Shown: positions 34,901 to 44,580, counted from the whole stretch's first letter. The stretch is DNA of 63,636 nt, filler included, from Nemertoderma westbladi (GCA_032718475.1; 4 parts of 4 records of this genome joined end to end with filler, not necessarily neighbours in it); one strand, 5' to 3'. Numbers and translations are program-made. The notes: a model not told the origin generated them from the letters alone.

Positions 34901-37496
34901 TATTCCGAGTTCGACGACTGGTGTAGATGTAAATATTGCTGAAAACACGGGAGAGGAAATTCTTTCATCTACTAAAGAAGAAATTTCCAGAGAATTGGAT
35001 CACGGTTTAAGAATTAAGTCATCATCCCCTGCAAAAGCGAATACCACAAGTTATGTAAATATATTTTCAAATGTGTACTTAAATACTCAATATGATCACA
35101 TTGATAAAGAGGCAAAACGAATGGTTTGCGAATGCAGCATCACCAAGAGTGACGTTGCCGAAGGTAGGAAAGGTTGTCAAGATGATTGTCTAAACAGGTT
35201 GCTTATGATCGAATGCGGCAACAAGTGTCCCTGTGGTGCGCACTGCTCTAACAAACGGTTTGAAAAGCGGGAGTACTCCAAGGTTGAACCCTTTCAAACG
35301 GCCTCCAAGGGTTGGGGGATGCGCGCTTGCATCTCTGTGCCCGCAAAGGAGTTCATAATTGAATACGTTGGCGAAGTTCTCTCGTCCAAACAGTTCCGCC
35401 AGAGAACTAAAGAATACAATCGCGAAAAAGTAGAACATTCATATTTTATGGAACTTAAAACAGATGAAATTATAGATTCCACAAGGAAGGGTAATTGTTC
35501 GCGGTTTATTAATCATTCTTGTTCTCCCAACTCCGAATGCCAGAAATGGACTGTAAATGGGATGTTAAGGGTTGGAATATTTTCTAAACGAGATATAAAT
35601 CCAGGGGAAGAGGTTACGTTCGACTACAAATATGTAAACTATGGTAAATCCGCACAGAAGTGCGAGTGCGGAGCTGCGAATTGTCGTGGGATAATAGGGA
35701 CCCAGGCGGCTGAGGGCCGCGGAAACTCCTCGAAAGACGAAACGCGATTCGCTGAAGAATTTGCGGATATAGGTTGCGGGGACGGGTTCAAGAACAAAGG
35801 GCAAGTGTTGGAGCTGTGTCGGCTGATGGTCCGGGCTGAGACTAACAGCCGTCGCGAACTCTGTCTGGGCGCCCTGCAGTGTACCGATGATGAACAATGT
35901 CTCAGCTATTTCATTAGTTATCAGGGTCTATCAATACTTTGGTCTTGGATGGCTGATGTCAGTAATATTGAAACTGATATCACTTTGCAGATACTGAAAG
36001 TACTTGATATTCTCCCGATTAATAATAAAACTATTCTGGAAACTACTAAGGTTTTGTCTGCTGTGATGAGGTGCTCAAATATTCCCGTACCTGAAATTGC
36101 CGCTGATGTAAGTACTGATGATAATGTTCAACGGAAAAACATTCTTATAAGCGATATACATCGTTATTCTAACGATCTTTTAGAAAGGTGGAAAGGTTTG
36201 AAGGAAATATTCCGCATTCCGAAAGTAAAACCTTCGAAAGACGATTCTGATAAGAATTCTGGTAGTAGTAGTATCTCTGATAAAAACGGAGAGACTTACA
36301 TCCCGACGGCGACTGGATGGGAGCGGCAACGACGCCACGGCCTCGGGAAGAAGAGCTCCCGTCGTAAGGGTTCGGTTAACGGAGGTCCGACCACGCCGCC
36401 AACGACTCTGACGCAAACAGAGAAGGAATCCCGACGGAAGCAGTTTGAGGAGGACGCCAAACTCATACAGGAGAAACTGGCGGAGGAGGCCAGGGTCAAG
36501 CGGGAGGTGGAGCAGAGCGCGATGATGGATATCGAGATGTGTCCCGGAGGAGTTTACGTGTCGGAGGAGACCGATACGTCGATGGATCCGGCGATGGCGG
36601 GTTTGAATCTCGGAAACATCGACCCCTCCACGGGACTCCCCGTGCTCGGAGGGGCGCCCCCAGCGGCGGAGGGCTTCATCGCATCCGGACCCCCCACCGT
36701 CGTCGAGGCTATCGGAGATCCGTTGCTATCGCAACCCGCGGTCTGCGGGCAGGTTATACAGACGGTTGTCTGGGACCCGGAGAAGCAGACCACGGTTATC
36801 TACCAGCAGCCGGTGCAGATGGTCTCGGGCGCGATGGGATCCGAGGGATTCGTGTTGCCGATCCCAGACGAGGATATTCCGCCCCCGCCCTCCCCAACCC
36901 TCGAGAAACTGCCCCCCAACTGGAAGAGCACCACTGATCCCGAGGGGAAAATATACTATTACAATACAATATCTCGAGAAAGTCAGTGGGAAAAACCAAC
37001 ATGGAAAGACGTGGTGGACTTGGAAGAGTCTATCAGTTCGCCAATCCGCTCTGAACTTCTAGACGTGAAAGATAAAGTGGAAAAAGCGCGACTTAAGAAA
37101 GAAGCGCGGATGGCGAAAGCGGCAAAAGCGGCAGCGGCCGCCGCGGGATTTACGCGAGAGGACGAACTCAAACACAAATACGTCCGCGAGATGGCGTGTC
37201 ATATCGAGACGACTTTGGGAGAGTTCCGTAACCCGGAGTGTAAACTCGGTCGCATCTCCTCTGATAAACACTTTAAGCTCCTCGTTAAGAAACTCACTCA
37301 CGCCGTTATGATGAAGGAGTTGAAACACTGCCGACACATAGAGGACTTGGAGGTTAATGAGAATACCAAGAGTAAATCCATCGACTTTGTTCGGAAATAT
37401 ATGTCAAAGTTCGGCGAGGAGTTTAAACCGGGGGCTGCTTCACCGGAAGCGACGCATAAAGGCGAACTCCCCACGCCGGATGCAGCGTTACAATGA
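25902..37496 (+). CDS. SETD2: Histone H3K36 methyltransferase SETD2/Set2 (AWS-SET-postSET, WW, SRI), single giant exon
   Basis: AWS MVCEC..CQDDCLNRLLMIEC (~35121), SET KGWG..EYVGEV..RFINHSCSPN..GEEVTFDY (35283-35630), post-SET CECGAANCRG (~35661), WW LPPNWK..IYYYN..SQWEKP (~36909-37000), SRI CKLGRI..FKLLVKKLTHAVMMKELK..FVRKYM (~37150-37420); long disordered RS/Ser/Lys-rich N-terminus. Confidence 0.95.
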   Translation: MVVNENVLNEATKEENVTKSYKDELEIPISRQSAQEHEEQDNVQNVVKDIDLTMEVVDKSFDDASIKDSKHSKTKHHDKKKKSKSSSHVKSKDAKVKKSKKADIDDVDVQLIVNSEEEFPLAKDYIPEKPKQSRRKHLETNMDTSSSVVELDIQCSSHAQELEDSRLDRRLKRLSMLCKSSSNATQRKSSGSHKVEDISKARHSSARRRHSRSLSSDDAQAKQHYHGDQHEGFDENNLNSPSRLGDKYPHNIMNSESKSFSPLDSHMSHTSGVPIRYSVSPLPPKDSPIKKDETPPLNNVSIITPSDTSKHCPYQIHSSRLALFHGGTAPSPTREHPVSPDSTTKSSEIVPDGNYLHHNNVSDDERVDRGDSDRHRSRDSRRDRPYKRSRSRDIEKWRYHNRRRGRKSPVRQLRDDLACVTEKTAIAGHSDKNDDNAIDTDITICNIDLDSIPIPLSDIPMPDSSPVATKQNITEDFPNIATDLMQIPQPPPGIKQLVPDDAVTFENPENHADVDIPPPKIDYSTSDPLLYHHINNLENEHFEESSDDDNEYVPLSGSRFRDIKRDQVPALWGSSLPIATAIRRQYPIPDPLPHVHQVIEADQNDGQNVPPHFDEDNRDDKIDGDGYQPAFEELYSPTHGDSSGDEVYIAKDNASNKELDEDSDEPVSIEHLIESVHKGGIPPSGAILDNIPGLGSPQHHSSSQRPTMRTNRFQTEGTKHPQSHDMPSHSTFIVENFDDPFDHTEGINDVADDVNLIPLPTQIGKSPLCSPGPSMRSMRNQLPTGGSENRFSQLFPLVEQSSQLDVPLSQGSECGPPKYPPHEIDFPSTGENFSEFIVPPNYQFPTVPIESHNQSSQNLNQSLNYHSNEKRSYGTEASQMHALSPIDEPKPTGSRFTAPPGLIVCDGSKGHVGENLLQIHDLSSNEGTHPTSSRFTAPPGLIVSGVAKDDLGENYSEGLNQISNNKEKSKEDADIEPGSVKAKLKAAMERIKSGKSKMTPSTSNTVMVGSVFNIKNRKLAPSACKKEKLPLSTKPIAVKPTQVFNDADDVEDDYQKVITKSASNKPPLKSTPRPLGGEEIALAIKNQLAVAKAKELAEKSLADQILIDSALKVEAVSHQATLKRVQKELVNEISKIRAEVDANSMNKDELPAFARSSTFAKSISKDDSDATGKPDNFDRDRHMEETDKERHKKRDSSPRYHSHSRRSRSRDRRRSQSRTRYRRRSHSRNRDTRYRSRSRERYGKEWRSRDSRSRPYGSERPHLTEVKSRRDKTVSSDRDKSRRDETVSSDRDKSRRDETVSSDRDKLPTGDFKRSRFSEQPSELRRSRFSGESKTIDSNVELTLPQSAVAEVLNIRSKQSKDVAPSNLLPETVRVGAVPKSKFMKPSDADESGAIFAGDVNPYHSNTQPGKGYVDTENKSESGSLKHPNYVTVKNIKHAPPKSMSGSSSSGSSSSSSGSNSSTSSSSDSEWEEKNITDELQGHNISAKSQNNSLQKSMLDISVSKANDATQFTDHTILKEESLLKHKDNNTSYSEKLDRQLDTRMSEGHDRKHDRLQRGTKPDSIRLEDTHLVKYNKANEKKQQSPTDGDIFADDRKYKSRSSYNQSGERKLDSGKHQSGDRGHYIEDDRQTGELQNAEQHRENEQLYSNVVSQRAGQSKATKSQERSLEQKQQYRQRGGMDIEDATFSPDMEDSLRKSHHHRDQQKYDAESPEKVQQNYSHNQEYKHRGKHYERDIQKQHSEYGVKNRSTHKSPTPYGDTVQIEHHHRKGRVQNSQIDFRQNLDNEHPRAGSKHLSKLEMENIKQPSLERELKSRRRTSRKRPDQHNPEYATHYSEEEISERHITRDYIAKGGSGRGYLKKHHQPEDKTKTHKQRNISELSYSSESESDGETAERREGKDFSKHVKRVPHSTTIRNSDKRSETSARRIHKDYPYSSDGSEYMVQHDLKSKGDYTRRIVLQPKYHRLSKETRHERVLDDANECETQISKTDKSMKVNVNRSKSPVSHLKRAVKSNRTSVERRKPNRSEESSSSYGSPSDSNDNYEQHHQPHHSRVGQKITTKHRSKNMIGQSEHNICKSVDLSNADFQARRKRTKPRSSSESSGSSDIEILRKAAEATLGKRRSGSYIGDTKLTIKQKSPNTIFVGETSSSESTYSSNQSDGMVSNVNQPVTRSEFKNEGTPSSPKRKTKMRCKKKIRRSNEHLQLESMHHYREDMSRSSQYQDVKISKYQVFSPSRHQKADHRMDRYIDVDDRGKHSRYSQEEVEYGDYYDKTNRRYIVEDDVYESEEELPTQRTKRYDSKGYGNKYNKKFREIQVVNNSKTHHHRRHAENESPVRLSESNQSDNYDNQGRHKERSKATKSNQVMQRHHHKRRKWSPDSGSDEKYKQAVKVRNEYLKRGASGKIPKRQVFREKSEQHTSGEDSSDSETSDDDIIERNMIRKQKRRNKDTSSHRTHICRKKLAKEQKRELRQQGESMSHDRVHVIESSNCDVRHKNVPETTVQSNKPIVPCEPPLKPIEPVPPPDVDPNIREDSNSGDFRPTMLEPVMSIPSAEYMAKHPPPNIDHLLLNHDDVVQKPSGSDSHGTRHPSGSISMKAGQSKKTSRSPSPRRRSRRSRSISNHRGRPRSRRSRSRGFKRSRSRDYSRRRSRSRGYSPKRRSRSVDRRRRYSPHRRGRSRRSHSRDRRRSRSQSYGGNRSRKNRLERSSSYNKQHRISYRKKSPIRDSNVKLSRRSISNSPPLAKKSEFRTDRSVDDTNRPTSTSSSGVSVSSGENSKVTTMQTTMQNVTLKPVEFNPLAKSEQIPIPPQPEKLFNPMVHHEYQVYEQPVTVPFPMVANTVQYGAMGEVFYDGTAVHPSPMVEQQPWFDMSTRPSNVAFPLSMMAPTQPPISLSAPPPPPPPVQGWSGSGITPRPQQPSHYMPPVFMPRGEIDSMHPSRRDHVPEYNRKHSQGLRGRGRGRGYPSVVVHSTSDQHNVSSTDDRLFEARQAATKDVADGSGDDIPSSTTGVDVNIAENTGEEILSSTKEEISRELDHGLRIKSSSPAKANTTSYVNIFSNVYLNTQYDHIDKEAKRMVCECSITKSDVAEGRKGCQDDCLNRLLMIECGNKCPCGAHCSNKRFEKREYSKVEPFQTASKGWGMRACISVPAKEFIIEYVGEVLSSKQFRQRTKEYNREKVEHSYFMELKTDEIIDSTRKGNCSRFINHSCSPNSECQKWTVNGMLRVGIFSKRDINPGEEVTFDYKYVNYGKSAQKCECGAANCRGIIGTQAAEGRGNSSKDETRFAEEFADIGCGDGFKNKGQVLELCRLMVRAETNSRRELCLGALQCTDDEQCLSYFISYQGLSILWSWMADVSNIETDITLQILKVLDILPINNKTILETTKVLSAVMRCSNIPVPEIAADVSTDDNVQRKNILISDIHRYSNDLLERWKGLKEIFRIPKVKPSKDDSDKNSGSSSISDKNGETYIPTATGWERQRRHGLGKKSSRRKGSVNGGPTTPPTTLTQTEKESRRKQFEEDAKLIQEKLAEEARVKREVEQSAMMDIEMCPGGVYVSEETDTSMDPAMAGLNLGNIDPSTGLPVLGGAPPAAEGFIASGPPTVVEAIGDPLLSQPAVCGQVIQTVVWDPEKQTTVIYQQPVQMVSGAMGSEGFVLPIPDEDIPPPPSPTLEKLPPNWKSTTDPEGKIYYYNTISRESQWEKPTWKDVVDLEESISSPIRSELLDVKDKVEKARLKKEARMAKAAKAAAAAAGFTREDELKHKYVREMACHIETTLGEFRNPECKLGRISSDKHFKLLVKKLTHAVMMKELKHCRHIEDLEVNENTKSKSIDFVRKYMSKFGEEFKPGAASPEATHKGELPTPDAALQ

Positions 37497-39080
37497 CGTC
37501 ATTAACCTAATTATAATTAACGGTGTAATTTTCCCACGGGTGTTTGTTTGTTATATTCGTATCATCTTATGTTTTTAATCGATTATGACTGTTCATGTTT
37601 TTCTTCTTTCTCTGTTAATAATAATAATTGTAAGACAGAGTATCAATATATAGATATTGCGCTGTTAGATTTTGTTTGGCTCAATAATATACAATACACC
37701 AAATATATCTTATTTCTGGTACCTTCTGGTCAAAAAAATACAGTGAAACGATTCATAAACAATACGCGTTAAAAAACTCATCAAAAAATGTTTTCTACAG
37801 ATTTATGAAGTGTGAAAATTGAAATCCAAGTGAAATTATCTGTATGTTCCCATAACATTTTTTATTCTTAAATTGTTACTTTTTCGCTCGAATATACCCC
37901 CAAATCGGGAGGAAAAGATGCACTTTTTCCCGGCGAAAAAAAGTAAAATGAAATATTGGTGGAGTTTCTTAAATTGTATTACTGCTATTTATTGCCGAAA
38001 AAGCATCGACGTAGAAAAGGTTTGCACGTAATTTGAGCCAAATCCATTCACACACTCAAAACTTATGGCAGCTTTAATGTCTGCAGGACGAACTAAAAAA
38101 CGGAACTCAATATCCAATATTTGTTTATGTAGTTAAGCGGCTCTCTAGTTACGTAATAAATATCCGAATGTATGTATATGTATGTAGTATATTTATATAA
38201 TAATTATTTATTACATGGGGAAAAAACGTAGAACATTTTTCTCAATATTCTTTAGACCCTTTATTAACCTCGCTGGTCCTGGGCAAATTAAATGCCTCGA
38301 GAATAGTGAAAAAAGTCTCTACTTTTTTTCACATGTAATATATAATTATTATCTACTACTCTTACATACATATCAATAATCGTCAAATTTTACCGACTCG
38401 TTGCTATGAATTTCTACTCCCATTAAGCCAGGCAGTTTGTGTAATATGCAATATGATAAACTACACATTTCACAGATTTCATGACTCGCCCCACATCGAC
38501 TATTCGTACCTGAGGAAGTAATTCGTTGGACATTTGTCACGTCCCTTTCGACTCAAAAAGGAAGGCCAACATTGGAGTTCAATTGCAGTCTATCTGGTAA
38601 AAGTCTACATTTGAAACCTCATTGTTAAAGTCTCAGTCATACATTGGCTGGGAACAAAGATGATTAGCTTTGTCAGTAGTCTTTAGTAAAACTTTCCGAG
38701 CTGCACGATACCAATACCAGCGAATATTAGGATATAAGATGTTGCGACGATAAAGTTCTTGTGGAGAAAGTAGCAGAACAGTAGCAGGTGTGTTCCTCGT
38801 ACCCATTTTCCTGCACTTTTCCATTTCTTCCAAAGTTTTAAGATAGCATGATATAATACCCTACGTGCCAACCAACCAAACTTGTTGCACTAAGACTCTG
38901 CAAACGTTCGAGTGATTATTGCGACCAATGTCTCCTAATATTTTTCACCCGGATGTATTGCGCTTGGCAGAGTCGCTTATAATCATTGGCACTGAATTCA
39001 TGATCTGAAGTGAAGAATGGGTGTGTATTTGTGTGTATTCGCTAAACTTTAGTTTGTGTGATTAACACACATTTAAGTCC

Positions 39081-39305
39081 CGGGGTAGCTCAGTTGGTTG
39101 AGCGCAAGGCCTCTGTTGGTTGTAGGTTCGAGCCCCGCCAAGGTCCATACAGACTTTCATCCCCTGAGGTTGGTAAAGTGAGGACCAGTTGAATTACTGG
39201 GAGCAAAAATTAGCGCCAATTCCATCCTTCCCTACCCTCGGGTAGCAGCTATCGAAAGAGGATCCTTTGGGTGGCCTCCGGCTTCGGACAACTGTTTGCT
39301 TTTTT
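39081..39305 (+). mobile_element. tRNA-derived SINE
   Basis: A box TAGCTCAGTTGG (39086), B box GGTTCGAGCCC (39125), body CTTTCATCC..GGTTGGTAAAGTGAGGACCAG..CCCTACCCTCGGGTAGCAG, T-rich end; homologs at 58882 and 60184-60323. Confidence 0.85.
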
Positions 39306-39480
39306 GAGTAACAACAATACACATACAGTAACTGTGTTGTATTACATTTATCTATGATAATGTATTGCACGCTATTTTGTATTCCTGCCTTTGTACCAAG
39401 TTATTCATTACCCTGACCAACCATTCCACCAGTGCTTAAGCCGAGCTTTTGCAATATACTAACAATAATTGGTTGGCCAA

Positions 39481-39590
39481 AGGCTCCTCTGCTCAGCTCA
39501 TTGGAGCAGGTTGCTTCTAGTGTTGGTCTTTTTGGAAACTCCAAGAGGAACAAAATTATGACAGTGAACCTTGACAGCCTTCAAGTCCAG
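39481..39590 (+). mobile_element. Short decayed RTE fragment (family B)
   Basis: Matches 61351-61450 (CTCAGCTCATT..GCTTCTAGTGTTGGTCTTTTT..AACTCC). Confidence 0.65.
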
Positions 39591-39647
39591 AATTTGGAAA
39601 AATTGGATTGAGTTGATACAAGTGATGCCACTACAGTACGATTTTTA

Positions 39648-39957
39648 GTGCGGGCACCAAATGTGGGTGCAGCACGTCATTTTCAAATTTGTATTTTTTT
39701 AAATATTCATTTTATAATCTATATTTTTACGATTTATAGATTTTCTGTGATTGTGAATTCAATGGCAATGAATTGAAGTTCATCCGAGTAACGCAACTGC
39801 CGTTTTTCATGCGTGCACCAAAAGTGGGCGCAACACGAAATTTTCAAAATTTAGTTTTTTTTAATATCATTGAATTATCTATATTCCCGCGATTTATAGG
39901 TTTTCTGTGATTGTAAATTCAATGGTAATAAAGTATAGATAATCCAAGTAACTCAAC
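39648..39957. repeat. ~160-bp imperfect tandem duplication
   Basis: TGCG(G/T)GCACCAAA.GTGGG.GCA.CACG...GATTTATAG.TTTTCTGTGATTGT.AATTCAATGG occurs twice. Confidence 0.75.
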
Positions 39958-40164
39958 AACTTTGAACATGTAATACTACACACTGATCCAAAGACAACCA
40001 GAATTGGACAGAACACAATATAACTACAGACTAAACTAATAAATTAACTACAGTATAAAGGATCGAACGAACAACAAAATAACAAGTTAGCCTACTTAAA
40101 AAAAGTAATATACAGGGTGTCCCATTAAATTTGTTACTGCTTTCCAAATATTCGTTCGCACGTC

Positions 40165-41868
40165 GATCCCAAACTAGACATGTATGTATCAGACAATCCC
40201 AGGCTAGACTTATGAGTATCCGACACTCACAATCCAGACATGTGAGTATCAGACACTTCCAATCCAGACATGTGAGTATCAGACACTTCCAAGTCAGACA
40301 TGTGAGTATCAGACACTTCCAGGCTAGACTTATGAGTATCCGACACTCCCACTCCAGACATGTGAGTATCAGACACTTCCAATCCAGACATCTGAGTATC
40401 AGACACTTCCAGGCTAGACTTATGATTATCCGACACTCCCAATCCAGACATGTGAGTATCAGACACTTCCAATCCAGACATGTGAGTATCAGACACTTCC
40501 AATCCAGACATGTGAGTATCAGACACTTCCAGGCTAGACTTATGAGTATCCGACACTCACAATCCAGACATGTGAGTATCAGACACTTCCAATCCAGACA
40601 TGTGAGTATCAGACACTTCCAGGCTAGACTTATGATTATCCGACACTCCCAATCCAGACATGTGAGTATCAGACACTTCCAATCCAGACATGTGAGTATC
40701 AGACACTTCCAATCCAGACATGTGAGTATCAGACACTTCCAATCCAGACATGTGAGTATCAGACACTTCCAGGCTAGACTATATGAGTATCCGACACTCC
40801 CACTCCAGATATGTGAGTATCAGACACTTCCAATCCAGACATGTGAGTATCAGACACTTCCAGGCTAGACTTATGAGTATCCGACACTCCCAATCCAGAC
40901 ATGTGAGTATCAGACACTTCTAATCCAGACATGTGAGTATCAGACACTTCCAAGTCAGACATGTGAGTATCAGACACTTCCAGGCTAGACTTATGAGTAT
41001 CCGACACTCCCAATCCAGACATGTGAGTATCAGACACTTCCAATCCAGACATGTGAGTATCAGACACTTCCAAGTCAGACATGTGAGTATCAGACACTTC
41101 CAGGCTAGACTTATGAGTATCCGACACTCCCACTCCAGACATGTGAGTATCAGACACTTCCAATCCAGACATATGAGTATCAGACACTTCCAGGCTAGAC
41201 TTATGATTATCCGACACTCCCAATCCAGACATGTGAGTATCAGACACTTCCAATCCAGACATGTGAGTATCAGACACTTCCAATCCAGACATGTGAGTAT
41301 CAGACACTTCCAGGCTAGACTTATGAGTATCCGACACTCACAATCCAGACATGTGAGTATCAGACACTTCCAATCCAGACATGTGAGTATCAGACACTTC
41401 CAGGCTAGACTATATGAGTATCCGACACTCCCACTCCAGACATGTGAGTATCAGACACTTCCAATCCAGATATGTGAGTATCAGACACTTCCAATCCAGA
41501 CATGTGAGTATCAGACACTTCCAGGCTAGACTTATGAGTATCCGACACTCCCAATCCAGACATGTGAGTATCAGACACTTCCAATCCAGACATGTGAGTA
41601 TCAGACACTTCCAAGTCAGACATGTGAGTATCAGACACTTCCAATCCAGACATGTGAGTATCAGACACTTCCAGGATAGACTTATGAGTATCCGACACTC
41701 CCAATCCAGACATGTGAGTATCAGACACTTCCAGGCTAGACTTATGAGTATCCGACACTCCCAATCCAGACATGTGAGTATCAGACACTTCCAATCCAGA
41801 CATGTGAGTATCCGGCACTCCCAATCCAGACATGTGAGTATCAGACACTTCCAATCCAGACATGTGAG
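40165..41868. repeat. 30-bp minisatellite with variant units (~56 units)
   Basis: AATCCAGACATGTGAGTATCAGACACTTCC interspersed with AGGCTAGACTTATGAGTATCCGACACTCCC. Confidence 0.97.
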
Positions 41869-41869
41869 T

Positions 41870-44580
41870 GGTGGAACACGAACTTAGATCATTCCCATTC
41901 GAATTTAGATCCTTCCCAAAGGAACTTAGATCCTCAACATACGAACTTAGGTCCCACCTTGTACTGTATATATAATGCTGTACCGTAGCTGTGTTGATGT
42001 GAAATGTCATTTCCATACTCCAGCAGACCTTACTGTAAATGTATAATGCTGTACCGTAGCTGTGTTAATGTGAAATGTCATTTCCATACTCCAGCAGACC
42101 TTACTGTAAATGTATAATGCTGTACTCGTAGCTGTGTTGATGTGAAATGTCATTCCCATACTCCAGCAGACCTTACTGTAAATGTTACCATATTAAGCGA
42201 ACTTAGATCCCACCACTAATATATTGCAATGCGAATTAGCTATTAATTGGCAAATTATACTGTAGTTTGTTGGTGAGTCACTGATCACAACTACAGATAC
42301 TTTGGTGTATAACTTATTTGCATAGATCATTATAAGTACTTTTCTACGTTTTATGTAACACAGTACAATATACTATATAATATCGATAGAACGCGGCCAA
42401 CGCACAGTACACGTGGGATCTAAATTTGCTTCTCCTCTAGCGTGTGCTAATTAATGAGTTAATAAGATCTAGTTCGCTTGGCTTTCAACGTGGGATCGAA
42501 GTTCGCTTCGCGACTAGCATGATGATTACCAAAGGCTTTTTAATATCATAAATTAGGATCTAAGTTCACCTAGTTAGTGATCTAAGTTCACCTAGTTAGG
42601 GTCTAAGTTCACCTAGTTAGGATCTAAGTTCACCCAGTTAGGATCTTAGTTCAGCTAGTTAGGATCTAAATCCACCTATTTAGGATCTAAGTTCACCTAG
42701 TTAGGATCTAAGTTCACCCAAATAGGATCTATGTTCGCATATAGGCAAGCCTTAAGGGGGATGTTGTGTGGGCTGCAGCTCACGGCCCAAGCGACTGAAT
42801 CGGCCCTTTCAAAAACTTACTAGGCTGTAGCCAGTGGCCCCGTCTTGAAAGATAAAACGAACTTAGATCCTGCAAGTCCTGACTTTGATGAACTTAGATC
42901 TTTGCGAACATAGATCCTATCTGGGTTAAGTTAGATCCTAACTTGGTGAACTTAGAGTCCTAACTAGGTGAACTTAGATCCTAACTAGGCGAACTTAGAT
43001 CCCATTTTATGCTATTAAAAGCCTTTGGTAATCATCATGCTAGTCGCGAAGCGAACTTAGATCCCACGTTGAAAGCAAAGCGAACTTAGATCCCACGTGT
43101 ACTGTGCGTTGGCCGCGTTCTATTGATATTATAATATTTTGTACTAATATATATTGTAACAATTGTACTAATATATATAGTGTATATGTTGTATGTTACA
43201 TTAAGCATATAAAAGTACTTATACTGATCTAATGCAAAAGTCATACACTCAAAGTAGTTGCGATCAGTGGACTCACCAATAAACTATAATTTGCTAATTA
43301 ATAGCTAATTCATTGGAATGTATTGGTGGTAGTATCTAAGTTCGCTTCCCTTCAAGCGTGATAATATTTACAGTAAGGTCTGGTAGCCTATGGTAATGAC
43401 ATTTCATATTTAGACAGCTACGATACAGAAATATATACAAGGTGGGATCTTAGTTCGTATATTGAGGATCTAAGTTCGTACGGGAAGGATCTAAGTTCGT
43501 ATGGGAATGATCTATGTTCGTATGTTAAGGATCTAAGTTCGTATGGGAAAGATCTATGTTCGTATGTTAAGGATCTAAGTTCGTATGTTGAGGATCTAAG
43601 TTCGTATGTTGAGGATCTAAGTTCGTATGTTAAGGATCTAAGTTCGTATGGGAAGGATCTAAGTTCGCGTTGAGGATCTAAGTTCGTATGTTGAGGATCT
43701 AAGTTCGTATGGTGAGGATCTAAGTTCGTATGGAAAAGTTCTGAAGTTCGTATGTTGAGGATCTAAGTTCGTATGGTGAGGATCTAAGTTCGTATGGAAA
43801 AGTTCTGAAGTTCGTATGTTGAGGATCTAAGTTCGTATGTTGAGGATCTAAGTTCGTATGGTGAGGATCTAAGTTCGTATGGAAAAGTTCTGAAGTTCGT
43901 ATGTTGAGGATCTAAGTTCGTATGGTGAGGATCTAAGTTCGTATGGAAAAGTTCTGAAGTTCGTATGTTGAGGATCTAAGTTCGTATGGTGAGGATCTAA
44001 GTTCGTATGGAAAAGTTCTGAAGTTCGTATGTTGAGGATCTAAGTTCGTATGTTGAGGATCTAAGTTCGTATGGTGAGGATCTAAGTTCGTATGGAAAAG
44101 TTCTGAAGTTCGTATGTTGAGGATCTAAGTTCGTATGTTGAGGATCTAAGTTCGTATGGGAAGGATCTAAGTTCGCGTTGAGGATCTAAGTTCGTATGTT
44201 GAGGATCTAAGTTCGTATGGTGAGGATCTAAGTTCGTATGGAAAAGTTCTGAAGTTCGTATGTTGAGGATCTAAGTTCGTATGGTGAGGATCTAAGTTCG
44301 TATGGAAAAGTTCTGAAGTTCGTATGTTGAGGATCTAAGTTCGTATGTTGAGGATCTAAGTTCGTATGGTGAGGATCTAAGTTCGTATGGAAAAGTTCTG
44401 AAGTTCGTATGTTGAGGATCTAAGTTCGTATGGTGAGGATCTAAGTTCGTATGGAAAAGTTCTGAAGTTCGTATGTTGAGGATCTAAGTTCGTATGGTGA
44501 GGATCTAAGTTCGTATGCCCAAGTTCTGAAGTTCGTATGTTCAGGATCTAAGGTCGCCCTAGGATCTAAGTTCGTTCACC
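41870..44580. mobile_element. Foldback-type element: long modular inverted arms built around GAACTTAGATCC motifs
   Basis: Left arm 41870-42740 mirrors right arm 42858-44580 (e.g. AGAACGCGGCCAACGCACAGTACACGTGGGATCT at 42388 vs its reverse complement at ~43088); right arm carries an expanded ~22-bp array at 43440-44575. Confidence 0.8.

Noticed and set aside
26422-37337. Many short ORFs overlapping SETD2 (and likewise the 1419-aa and Penelope ORFs)
   Set aside because: Shadow frames of long coding sequences with no recognisable motifs.
39081-39140. tRNA gene
   Set aside because: A and B boxes are present but there is no complete cloverleaf, and it continues into a repeated SINE body; same for 58882 and 60323.
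40131-42016. Repetitive ORFs on both strands (SDTHMSGLEV / SIRHFQSRHV)
   Set aside because: Artefacts of the 30-bp minisatellite; frames are broken by +1 variants.
43440-44575. CRISPR-like appearance of GGATCTAAGTTCGTATG repeats
   Set aside because: Intervening bases are short and themselves repeated, not unique spacers; no cas genes; eukaryotic context.
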